Shown here: positions 1-12,042 of the stretch, in pieces
How positions within the stretch are numbered: position 1 is the stretch's first letter
How the letters are laid out: each line of letters starts with the position of its first letter
Assembly: GCF_009914755.1 (NCBI RefSeq)
Contig: NC_060947.1
DNA from: the human T2T-CHM13v2.0 reference genome, Homo sapiens
Reading direction: 5' to 3' (one strand)
DNA: 64,000 nucleotides
The notes under the pieces: model-generated
What the model was told of the DNA's origin: nothing
The model's database searches: none
Seen by the model: the letters and a program-made list of their open reading frames with translations, nothing else
Translations under genes and position numbers: made by a program

Positions 1-1368
1 TTTGTATTTGTTTAAAAACTAAATTCTGAATAAAGCATATGGCAGGAGACAAGGTAAAGGCTAATACTGTCGCTTTTGGAACATTTGTAAAGTAAATGGA
101 GGAAATCATTACATCAGATATATTCACTACTGCAGGAACTACAGTGTTCTCAGCAACACTGATAAGTTTGACAGGTTTTGTTCACTCTTGAATACATTAT
201 GAACGAAGATTGGGTAAGAGCTTAGAAATGAATTGAGAATATATCAAACGTTCTGGGGCAGAGAGTTATTCATACAGAAAAATTTTAAAGGAAAAGATGG
301 TAAAAAAATTGAATTTATGTTTTTCCATCTAATATAGAGCTGTCCTAGTAAAGCAGCTAGAGAATATACATTTTGATTAGTTGAAGGATTGGTGGGGGTG
401 GACAAAGGGGCTGGAGAAGTCTTCAGAATTCAATATGTAGAACTACTAGTCATAAATGCTCATGTTGCAGTCAAAAGTTATGGGATCATTTTATCTTTAT
501 TGAATCTAATGCCTTGAAAAGTTTAACCTGGCATGAATCACACACCTACATCTCTCAGTGTAAATCTTCTACATACAGCTGACTAATGTAGATTTCTACA
601 ATTTTCTAATTACCCCACCATTCGTATCTTCATAATCATAACAATGAGTGCAGACTAGCTTTTATTTCCTAATCTAAATTAGGTCATCCGTAAATTGCAC
701 TAACACAAAGAGAACTAAAAGTTAAAATTAGAACAAGCAGATAAGAATACAGAAGTAGGAAGATTGGGATGAGGAAATGGAAAGAATTGGAAAACATTCA
801 GAGAAAACTGACTGGTTAAACATAGAATAAAAGTAGGTGTGAGTTTCTAGTTATTTCAGTTTTAACATTACCATCAAAAGATATTTAGTGTAGAAAACAT
901 ATTTTGATAGGTGTTATAATTTGACCTCTTAGCAGGAAATATAGTCAGTAGAGCAATTGCTAATGTATAAATCAGTATTCAGTCAAATCCATGTTATCAG
1001 TGAAGGAGGCAATAATGAAAGAGAAAGAGTAAATAAGTCCCTGTGTATTTACAAGTTTGTGCTAGAAAATCCAAAATCTTGGAACACAAATACTTGCAGT
1101 GCACTATTCACCAGAAAATATTTAAACTTAGAGGAAGGAAACACTGTTTCCACTAATTCAATCTAATCAAGGAGCAGTTATATATTTAATATACACTCTG
1201 CTTAAATTTTGACACTGCCAATGGTTATGCTTCAAATGTTAATTAACTACATCTTCATTATAACTAATGAACTGCATTTTCTTCACAAATCTCCCAATAA
1301 AGGAGCAACTGGAAAGTATTTTTGCTTATTACTGTGGCTGATTTTGTGTAATTGGGATGAAATTTTTT

Positions 1369-1499
1369 TTTCTTTTCTAGCAAATGAGGTTTTTTTTTAA
1401 ATTATTATTATACTTTAAGTTTTAGGTTACATGTGCACAATGTGCAGGTATGTTACATATGTATACATGTGCCATGTTGGTGTGCTGCACCCATTAACT
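1369..1499 (-). mobile_element. Short 5'-truncated young L1PA 3' end with extra 3' sequence
   Basis: ttattattatactttaagttttagg...gcacccattaact is the L1PA 3' terminus; TSD ATGAAATTTTTT at 1357-1368 and 1500-1511, followed by AA (EN site TTTT/AA). Confidence 0.9.
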
Positions 1500-1847
1500 A
1501 TGAAATTTTTTAAACCTGCCACAAACTCTATTAGATATACTATATAGATGTAAAAAATAATTCTATTATTTTCCACCCTGGTTATTATTCAGAAGTTTCC
1601 CTGTTGTGCAAAATCAGCTTTTACTAAAAAATAGCAACAACTATTATGAATGAATGGTAAGAAGCATTGCCTACTGAAGTGACAATTCATTATGGCAGTA
1701 GTGATAGTTTACTTTGTCAATAGTGACAGTATACTATGGCAGTAAACTTTGCACATTAGTAATTGAATAGAAAATACAATTATATTAACACTTAAAGAAA
1801 GTAATACCTTGTAATTCTATATTCTCAACTGTAATATTTTGTGCTAC

Positions 1848-2486
1848 TGAAGCAGGTTCATTGTCTGGGGTAACACCTGAGGTTCGTTGTCTCTTGGCCA
1901 CAGAAATCAAAGACATGGACACACAAAGAGTGAGATTAAGAGCAGAAATTTAACAGGCAAAAGAAAGAGAATAGCTCTCCGCTACAGAGAAGGGTCCTGG
2001 AAAAATGGGTTTCCAGATCTGTGCTGAAATGCAGGGGGGTTTATAGATGAGCTGGTGAGGAGGTGGTGCCTGTTCTACATAGGGCGCAAAAGACTGGTTA
2101 GGACCAGGTGTGCTATTTGCATAGGGCACGAATCTCTGGCAGCCCCCACACCAATCTTTTATTATGCAGGTGGGTTTTCTGCCTAAACTCGCCATGATAC
2201 CCATTTCTTTCTTACTGTACACGTGGTAACAATAAAAGGGAAGATGAAGCCTCCATGTTGGAAATGCCTGCCCCCAAGGTAGCCCTTTCCTATCGGTGCA
2301 GCTGCCATCATTCCCCTGTGCAAGCTTCCAGCTTGCTTATCTATGTCTGCAGCTTGATTTTTCAGGCTGCTCTTTGTTAGAAAATAAATGATTTGGGGGG
2401 CTGCTTTTGATTAGAAAGGTAATTCCACCAAGGATTCTTTTGACCTCACTATCTGCATAAATAATTTCTCTCTACCTCTTGTATCA
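1848..2486 (-). mobile_element. ERV1 solo LTR (MER50-like)
   Basis: TG...CA termini, flanks CTAC/TTAC; minus strand starts TGATACAAGAGGTAGAGAGAAATTATTTATGCAGATAGTGAGG. Family name from memory. Confidence 0.7.
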
Positions 2487-2531
2487 TTACCATCATGGAA
2501 CATTATGTGAATCAACACCAAAGGCCCATTT

Positions 2532-2697
2532 AACATTTTTTGAATTTTATTTATTTATATAGACAGAGTCTCACTCTGTCACCCAGGCTGGTGTGATCTT
2601 GGCCCACTGCAGCCTCCGCCTCCTGGGCTGAAGTGGTCTTCCGACCTCAGCCTCCCAAGTAGCTGGGACTACAGGTGCATGCCACGACACACAGCTA
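2532..2697 (-). mobile_element. Alu monomer (right arm/FRAM-like)
   Basis: Alu right-arm sequence with T tail; TSD AAGGCCC(A/G)TTT at 2521-2531 and 2698-2708. Confidence 0.85.
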
Positions 2698-2756
2698 AAG
2701 GCCCGTTTAAAAATAATTTTCATTCCTGGTCCTTTAGTTACGTGTCTTTTAAATAA

Positions 2757-2808
2757 ACACACACACACATACACACAAACACACACACACAAATAAACAC
2801 ACACACCC
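2757..2808. repeat. Interrupted (CA)n microsatellite
   Basis: Read directly from the sequence. Confidence 0.9.
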
Positions 2809-3229
2809 AAAACAAATTTAAAAAGCATAAATTAATATGTTGAATGGTCATAAGTAATTAAATCTGTAACAGATGTGCAAACATTCAATAATAGAATCCA
2901 AGGTATTTTGTTGTAAATTATGTCATTTGACACTTGTGTTGATACTACCAGTAGAATAGTATAGCCAAAGCCAGTGTTATAAGGGTATAAACCAAACATA
3001 TTACATAAAACATTTTATTTTGACTCTTCTATTTGGGTCCAGAAGTGGTAAAAGATTATCCTTTGCTTTGTCTCCCAGGTTGTAGAATTACCTGAGCTAC
3101 TTACTTAATTTGAATTGTAATCACTGATACTGTGCTGTAAGTTGTGGGTACATAATTATAATGTGAATAATACCAATTCAAAATTTCAATAGAAGTAGAT
3201 TTTACCGTTGTTCAATATCCCTTTGTCAG

Positions 3230-3454
3230 GTACTACTACTATTGAAAAATATGACCTCAGGACTAACAGTTGGCTACATATTGGCACCATGAATGGCCGT
3301 AGGCTTCAATTTGGAGTCGCAGTTATTGATAATAAGCTCTATGTCGTGGGAGGAAGAGACGGTTTAAAAACTTTGAATACAGTGGAATGTTTTAATCCAG
3401 TTGGCAAAATCTGGACTGTGATGCCTCCCATGTCAACACATCGGCACGGCTTAG
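3230..3454 (+). CDS. KLHL4: KLHL4 coding exon, kelch repeats ([15 protein letters not shown]...PMSTHRHGL)
   Basis: Acceptor ctttgtcAG ends at 3229, donor GTAAGA at 3455; 225 nt, phase 1 to 1. Kelch hallmarks (LYVVGG, VECFNP, W); peptide recognised as KLHL4. Confidence 0.95.
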
Positions 3455-4768
3455 GTAAGAGCTTAACGTAATGTATTTTTCAAGAATGTATAGTAAGTAG
3501 AGTTTTTAAAAATTAAATCTAGCAGCACATTATTGGGATTTAGCCAAATCCTTAGTGAAAATGTCTCCAAAATGATGAAAAACTTAAGGAAATGATAAAA
3601 GCCTGTGAGACATTTGTTATTGTTGCAGGTTACTCCTGATTCCCTTCCACCAGTATTTTAAAGGGGTTTCATTCTAAAAAGGATAACCACATTTCAAAGG
3701 GATTTATTATAAAATAATATACAACTACAGCAAGGAGCTTTCTTCTAAGCTCAATTTAGAGAGGAAAGTACTTGACTATTGCGAGGGATTGTGTTTCTAG
3801 TTAGATGAATCATGTGCCCACAGTGGAGAACTTTGATTCTCCTGAATATTTGTCAGGATACCTCGTTCTTTATACTAGGCTCCATATTTTTGCAATATCA
3901 TAAGAGTTGGCTGAACAACAGAAAAATTTCCTTTTTTTTAATCTGATTTTTATAGAGCTAAAAAGCAGCAGATCCAGGAATGGTATTGCTTGCCCCAATT
4001 ATCCTGATAAATTGACTCTGCCAAATAATACACGATATAATTATTCAGTTCAGTTATGTCAGTGTTATTCCTAGACATAGCTTAGAAAGGTCCTGCAGGG
4101 AAATCAGAGCAAGCTTATTTTTCAATATAATTGATATTAGCAAATAGGTAGGAGAGGTGATGATGATATACCACTGAGAGGTTGATTGGGATAGTGAAGG
4201 TGGGGAAAAAAACAATTATGTAAATTATCAAAGCAGATGCGAAGCAGAAATGGGCTATTCATAATATTTGAAAAAACAAACTTCTAACTAAACATTAAAA
4301 AGCTCTGTCTGTAAGTTAGCTCACAGGAATCTTTTTATCCCTATATTAAACACCAGAGGTTATAAAGACCTACTACAGTCAGCCTGTAATTCTAAGGTTT
4401 ATCTAAGAATCAACATCACATTGTATCTACATGTTATATCAACAAACAATATTGAAATTTTGCCAGAAAAAGCCAGCTTTTTAAATTACATATCTAGTGT
4501 AATTTAAATGGTGCATTCTACTGCCTCTTTTGACTTCAGTGTTACAACAATAGTACCCTTCTATGATATAGTAACTAAAACTGAAAGTTTCACAGGGTTA
4601 GAAAACCATACTTAGCTTTACAACAGAGTCAGTAAACTATTCATATGTATGCAAAATCGTTTAATAAGCAAAACAAAAAAATTTAAGCAGTTAATTGCTT
4701 GCAAAATGAAACAATATTCAGTGTGTGGCATACCTAGGTGAACCCACATATTATTTTAATTTTTTTAG

Positions 4769-4931
4769 GTGTAGCCACTCTTGAAGGACCAATGTATGCT
4801 GTAGGTGGTCATGATGGATGGAGCTATCTAAATACTGTAGAAAGATGGGACCCTGAGGGACGACAGTGGAATTACGTAGCCAGTATGTCAACTCCTAGAA
4901 GCACAGTTGGTGTTGTTGCATTAAACAACAA
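4769..4931 (+). CDS. KLHL4: KLHL4 coding exon, kelch repeat ([29 protein letters not shown]...ALNNK)
   Basis: ttttttAG at 4767-4768, donor GTGAGT at 4932; 163 nt, phase 1 to 2; frame continuous with neighbouring exons. Confidence 0.95.
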
Positions 4932-5132
4932 GTGAGTAAGTTGAAACACACATGTTCATTGCTCCCAGGTCATATAGTATAGAACTTCGGTGACATGATC
5001 CATCCAATCAATTAGCATTCCAAATAACCTGGATGTACTTGTTATCAATAATAAAAGGTCTTCATTGGAACTCTCCATTAGGACTGAAAATACTTGTCTA
5101 AAATAAATACTTGATTAAATATTCTGTATGCC

Positions 5133-5215
5133 CTTGCTAATCAAGGTGTGGTCCTGGGACCAGCAGCATCCACCTTTCGTATTTAGAAATGCTGAATCCT
5201 AGCCCCGACCCAGCT
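5133..5215. mobile_element. MER5A-like DNA transposon fragment
   Basis: caaggtgtggtcctgggaccagcagcatc...ttagaaatgctgaatc resembles MER5A. Confidence 0.55.
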
Positions 5216-6582
5216 TTTATAGGCAAGCCAGTTCTAATTTTACCCTCAAGAAGTTACTACTTTTTTACATTATGATTTATTTTTATCAAAACTTTAGTCT
5301 GTCTATGGATATAACAAGGTGATTCTTTTATTCTTTCAACAATCCCTCTCCTGAGTGTTCAGGGTTCCTAAATATAGAATCCTACCTAGTCTCACCCTTC
5401 CTGAATATTTACCTCTTCCTGTCACTTGCCTATCACTTCCGAGATATTATACTAAAACATGATGATGTTAGAAGTTTCTAAGAGCTTGAATTGTTACCAG
5501 GTATTATGTGCTTTCTGACAAGGGAACTTTGGAGACAATGACCAGCATATAAGAGGGTCATGAATCATGCGAGTTTCAGACAATAGGTTGGGTCAGTTGC
5601 CAGAGACAGCCTTGTGTGTTTATATTGACTATGCATGAAGCCAATACATTATCATAGATATGGTCTCAGTCAAAATGTCAACGCATTGTTTTTAGAACCT
5701 TGCACAGAAATAAATAGGAAATGTCCAGAGTTAAGAGGAGATCCAGTTTTAAAGTGTCTTAGAGCTTAAGCTACTCCTAAATCTATCCGTGGCCTCACCT
5801 GAATAATGTCAAGTGATTCAGTTATGTAATCTCCTACCTAATACAGAACAGGATGAAAACATGAAATTTGACCTATTTAATTGTGCTTTGCTGAGTTGCT
5901 ATTGTTTACAACTCAGCATGAAGGGAAGTTATAGGAATATGGATTAATAAATGTCTGTCTTCTTTATTAATACATGATAACTTTAAAATTATATTAAAAA
6001 TACTACTTATCAAAAGAATGGCATTTTAAAATGTATGGGAGAAATGTCATAGCCAATATCACTTACGAGGGAAAAAAATCTAGTTTCTAGGTTCTATCCT
6101 CTTTCCTTAGTTGTTTATTAAGCTAATGTCTTCTAAGTGATAATTTTTTAATGCAAATATAAAGTCATACATAAAAACAATGGATTCTGCTCCTAGGTAG
6201 TTTAACCCTGCTAAAATTGTAAAGTTGTTGGAGTTGGTCTTTGGAACTATCCTGCCAATCCCTTTGATCTTTCCCTCTTTTTTTCTGTGCCTCATATCCC
6301 ATGGAATCTTTTATTCAATTATGTTAAAATGACTGTGATAAAGATAGTGAAAAAGGGAGATTTGGGTTGGGATAGATTTTAACAGGTGCCCTCAGGTTAC
6401 GATCTATTCACAAACTTCTGCTATTCACTGCATAATAGTGTAGGAGTAGAATATATAGTCAGACCCTTCAGAAACTTGAAAAGCTTTGTACAAAGTTCTC
6501 TCACTCTCATTCTATGCATGCATTTTGTGTGTATATGTATACACACACATATACATACACACAATTCTGTCTTTTTATCTAG

Positions 6583-6795
6583 ATTATATGCTATTGGTGG
6601 ACGTGATGGAAGTTCCTGCCTCAAATCAATGGAATACTTTGACCCACACACTAACAAGTGGAGTTTGTGTGCTCCAATGTCCAAAAGACGTGGAGGTGTG
6701 GGAGTTGCCACATACAATGGATTCTTATATGTTGTAGGGGGGCATGATGCCCCTGCTTCCAACCATTGCTCCAGGCTTTCTGACTGTGTGGAACG
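6583..6795 (+). CDS. KLHL4: KLHL4 coding exon, kelch repeats ([21 protein letters not shown]...LSDCVER)
   Basis: ctttttatctAG at 6581-6582, donor GTAAGT at 6796; 213 nt, phase 2 to 2. Confidence 0.95.
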
Positions 6796-8686
6796 GTAAG
6801 TTTTTTCTATTTCCTTCTGTATGTAATTATTTGGTTATTTAATTTTTTAGAAATAGAAAGATTTTTTTTCTTTTAAATGGAAATCAGTTTAGTTCTATGC
6901 CCACTGTAAGAAAATTAAATAGTACAACGGGAATCTAGGGAGAACAAGTCCTTTCCCAGCTGAGATCCTCTAAGACTCTAGTCCCCTCCTGTTCTAGGCT
7001 CTTTCAAATATGGGATCTTAGCTAATTTTAATTTTAATTTTTTATTTTTATTTTTAATGGACAGTGTTTAATTACATTTTTAAACAACCAGAAAGTAGTC
7101 TTCCAATAAATGCTAATCCTTGTAGTGGATTTATCTTCTGTACAATTGTACACTTTCTCTTAGACTAAAAATATATTTTTTAAATATTCCGTATACATTT
7201 CAGATTCAGCATAGAATATGTAAAAAGAATATGTCATCTTATTGTTAAATAGTCACACTATAAAATAATAAGACAAAGTGGTAAACAAATAAATTTTATG
7301 CCAAGCTACATCACTCAACCAATTCAGGAGACTCAAATCAAAATAAGTTTACTGAGATTGGGGAAAAAATGGCAGATAGGAGCCAGGAATAACTTGCAGC
7401 TCCCACTCATATAGACAGAGCAGTGTGTGGAGAACCATATCGTGAACTTTTGCTCTAAGAACTACCGCAGGAACATAACAGGAAAGTCAAGAGAATCCAC
7501 AGACCCTCTGAGGGAGGTGGATTGCTGCGCAGGGATAGCCGTAGCAATGTGAGCCTGCTTGCTTTCTCAGCTGGGAGTCTTATGGCCTGGGGTAGGTTCT
7601 CAGCCCTGCTCACTGGCTGCCTTGAAATAAGCTAGGTTCTGTTGAGCGAGGGTGCAGTGGGAGTGAGACCAGCCTTTCTGGCTGCAGGCTGCATGGGAGC
7701 TGGGTGAGGCCTGTGGCTGCCAGCTTTCCCCCACTTTCCCGGTGGCCTATGTGACAAAGCAGAGCTAGCCATAATCCCCCTGGGAACATAACTCCATTGG
7801 CCTGAAAACCACACCCCATCCCCCACAGCAGCTGCAGCAAGCCCCACCCAAGGAGAGTCTGAGCTCAGACATGCCTAACCCTGCCCCCACCTGATGGTCT
7901 TTCTCTTTATGCGCTGGTAGCCAAACACAAAGCTCATAATTTCTTGATAGCTCTATGGCCCTGCCCACTGCCTAAGCCTAAGGCAAAGTTGTATCCTTCC
8001 TATACAAACGGAACTGATGGGCTCTTGAATGTGCCACCTCCTAGCTGGAGGCCAACCAACACAAAACCAGCATACTAAACAAAAATACAACCAAGGACCC
8101 TCAGAGCATACTTCACTCCCCTGCCACCTCCACGAGAGTAGGTGCTAGTATCCATGGCTGAGAGACCTGAAGATGGATCACATCACAGGACTCATGGCAG
8201 ACACTCCCCACCCCAGTAGCTCTGCTGGGTGGCTAGATCCAGAACAGAAATAGCAATCACTGCAGTTTGGTGCTCAGGAAGCCCCATCCCTAGGGGAAAG
8301 GGGAGAGCACCACATCAAGGGATCACCCCCATAGGACAAAAGAATCTGAACAGCAGCCCTTGAGTTCCAGATCTTCCCTCTGACATAGTCTACCCAAATG
8401 AGAAGGAACCAGAAAAACAATTCTGGTAGTATGACAAAATGAGGTTTTTTAACATCCCCAAAAGATCGCAGTAGCTCACCAGCAATGGATCCAAACCAAG
8501 ATGATGTATCTGAATTGCCAGAAAAAGAATTCAGAAGGTCAACTATTAAGCCAATCAAGGAGGTACGGGAGAATGGTGAAGTCCAACTTAAACACATCAA
8601 ATAAATAAATAAATAAATAAAATCATGTAGAATATGAATGGAAAATTCTCCAGTGAAATAGATAGCATAAATAAAAAGCAGTCACA

Positions 8687-9010
8687 GGCTAGGCATGGTG
8701 GCTCATAACTATAATCCCAGCACTTTGGAAGGTCAAAGTTGGAGGATCATCTGAGATCAGGAGTTTGAGACCAGCCTGGCCAACATGGCAAAACCCTTTC
8801 TGTACTAAAAATACAAAAATCAACCTGGCACAGTGGCAGTTGCCTTCAATGTCAGCCACTCAGGAGTCTGAAGCAAGAGAATCACTTGAACCTGGGAGGC
8901 AGAGGTTGAAGTGAGCTGAGATCATGCCACTGCACTCCAGCCTGGGCAACAGAGCGAGACTCCATTGAAAAAATAAATAAATAAATACACACATACATAA
9001 AATAGAAAAC
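8687..9010 (+). mobile_element. AluS in ORF1 of the outer L1
   Basis: Dimeric Alu with A-rich tail; degenerate TSD ATAAAAAGCAGTCACA / ATAAAAAACAATTACA. Confidence 0.92.
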
Positions 9011-12000
9011 ATAAAAAACAATTACAACTTCTGGAAGTGAAGGACACATTTACAGAATTGCAAAATGCACTGGAAAGTCTCAGCAATAGAATCAAACAAG
9101 TAGAAGAAAGAATGTCAGAGCTTGAAGACAAGTGTATCAAATTAACCCAATCCGACAAAGATAAAGAAAAAAGTTATTTTAAAAAAATGAACAAAGCCTT
9201 CAAGAAGATTGGGATTATGTTAAATGACAAAACAGATGATTAGTTTGTGTTCCCAAAGAAGAGAAATCTAAAAGTTTGGAAAACATATTTGAGGGGATAA
9301 TCAAGGAAAACTTCCCTGGCCTTGCTAGAGATCTAGACAGCCATACACAAGAAGCTCAAAGAACATCTGGGAAATTTATCACAAAAAAATCATCGCCTAG
9401 GCACATATTCATTTGGTTATCTAAAGTCAAAACAAAGGAAATAATCTTAAGAACTGTGAGGGAAAAGCACCAGGTAACCTAAAAAGGAAAACCTGTGAGA
9501 GTAAGAGCAGATATTTTAGTAGAAACTCTACAAGCTAGAGGGGATTGAGGCCTTATCTTTAGCCTCCTTAAACAAAACAATTAGTCAAGAATTTTGTATC
9601 CAGTGAAACTAAGCTTCATAAATGAAGGAAAGATAGAGTCTTTTTTAGACAAACAAATGCTGAGAGAATTTGCCACTATGAAGCCAGCCCTACAAGAACT
9701 GCTAAAAGGAGCTCTAAATCATGAAAGAAATCCTCACAATACAGAAAAATAGAGTCTCCTTAAAGTATACATCTCACAGGACATATAAAACAATAACAGT
9801 GAAAAAAATACCAAGGTATTCAGGCAATTAATAGCACAATGTATAGAATAGTACCTCACATCTCAATAGTAACGGTGAATGTAAAATGGCCTAAATGCTC
9901 CACTTAAAAGATGTAGAATGGCAAAATTGATAAGAACTCACTAATTAATATCTGCTGTCTTCAAGAGACTCACCTGACAAATAAGGACTCAAATAAACTT
10001 AAGGTAAAGGAGTGGAAAAAAGATAGTCCATGAAAATGGACACAAAAAAATGAGCAGGAATAGCTATTCTTATATCAGACAAAACAAACTTTAAAGCAAC
10101 AGCAGTTAAAAAAGACAAAGAGGGACCTTATGTAATGATAAAAGAACTAGTCCAACAGGAAAATATCACAATCCTAAATATATATGCACCTAGCACTGGA
10201 GCTCCCAAATTCATAAAATAATTACTACTAGACCTAAGACATAAGATAGACAGCAACACAATAATAGTGGGGGACTTCAGTACTCCATTCACAGCACTAG
10301 ACAGGTCATCAAGATAGAAAGTCAACACGAACCAATGAACTTAAACTATACCCCAGAACTAATGGACTTAGATATTTACAGAACATTCTACCTAACAACT
10401 GCAGAATATGCACTGTATTCATCAGCACATGGAACATTCTCCAAGATAGACCATATGACAAAACAAGTCTCAGTAAAAGCCACAAAACAAGTCTCAGTAA
10501 ATTTAAGAAAATTGAAATTTTATCAAGTACTCTGTCAGACCACAGTCTAATAAAATTGGAAATCAACTCTAGAAGAAACCCTCAAAACCATGCAAGTACA
10601 TGGAATTTAAATAACATGCTTCTGAATGATCATTGGGTCACAGTGAAATCAAGATTGAAATAAAAAATTATTTGAACTGAACAATAATAATAATATAACC
10701 TCTCCAAACCTCTAGGAAACAGAAAAGTGGTTCTAAGAGGAAAGTTCATAGCATTGAATGCCTACATCAAAAAGTCTGAAAGAGCACAAATAGACAATCT
10801 AGGGTTACACGTCAAGGAACTAGAGAAAAAACAACAAACAAACCCAGCAGAAGAAAAGAAAGACCAGAACTAAATGAAATTGAAACAACAACAAAAAAAA
10901 AATACAAAAGAGAAAACACACAGCTGGTTCTTTGAAAAAAATAAACCAAATGAATAGACCATTAGCAAAATTAACCAAGAAAAAAAGGAGAAGATTCAAA
11001 TAAGCCCAATTAGAAATGAAATGGGAGATATTACAACCAATATCTCAGAAACACAAAAGATCATTCAAGGCTACTAGGAACACCTTTACATACACAAACT
11101 AGAAAACCTAGAGGTGATGGATAAATTCCTAGAAATATACAACCATCCTAGATTAAACTAGGAAGAAATAGAAACTCTGAACAGACCAATAATAAGAAGC
11201 AAGATTGAAACAGTAACTAAAAAGTTACCAACAAAAAAAGTCTAGGTCCAGATGAAATCACAGGTGAATTTTATGTGACATTCAAAGAAGAATTGGTACC
11301 AATGATACTAAAACTATTCCAAAAGATAGAGAAAAAGGGAATCCTCCGTAAATCATTCTGTGAAGCCAGTATCATCCTGATACCAAAACCAGGAAAGGAC
11401 ATAACAAAAAAGAAAACTACAGCCCAATATCCATGATGAACATAGATGCAAAAATTCTCAACACAATACTAGTTAACAGAATCCAACAACATGTCAAAAA
11501 GATAATACACCAGGATCAAGTTAGTTTTATACCAGGGACGCAGGGATTGTTTAACATCCACAAGTCAATAAATGTGATATGCCTCATAAAAATATTTTTT
11601 TAAAAAATCACATAATCATCTCAATAAATGCAGTAAAACCCTTTGACAAAGTCCAGCATCCCTTTATCATTAAAACCCTCAGCAAAATCAGCATAGAAGG
11701 GGCTTACCTTAAGGTAATGAAAGCCATCTATGACAAACCCACAGCCAACATAATACTGAACAGGGAAAAGTTGAAAACATTCTCCCTGAGAACTGGAAGA
11801 AGACAATGATGCCCACTTTCACAACTTCTATTCAACATAGTATTGGAAGTCCTAGCCAGAGCAGTCGGACAAGATAAAGAAATAAAGGGCATCCAAATTG
11901 GTAATAAGGAAGTCAAACTGTCACTGTTTGCTGATGACATGATTGTATACCTAGAAAACCCTAAAGACTCATCCAGAAAGCTCCTAGAACTGGTAAATGA

Positions 12001-12042
12001 ATTCAGCAAAGTTTCAGGTTACAAAATTAATGTACACAAATC

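Noticed and set aside
1690-1752. Interleaved short direct repeats (TATGGCAGTA twice, TAGTGA.AGT twice)
   Set aside because: Consistent with local slippage; no regular spacer structure.
5889-5918. Perfect 10-bp inverted repeat TGCTGAGTTG...CAACTCAGCA around a TGTTTAC motif
   Set aside because: About one such stem is expected by chance in 64 kb, and it is too short for a pre-miRNA.
6421-6762. 113-aa antisense ORF over a KLHL4 exon
   Set aside because: Shadow frame of the coding exon plus a CA-rich tract; no independent coding signal.
10458-10501. Duplication of ACAAAACAAGTCTCAGTAAA inside L1 ORF2
   Set aside because: Ordinary tandem duplication in a dead element.
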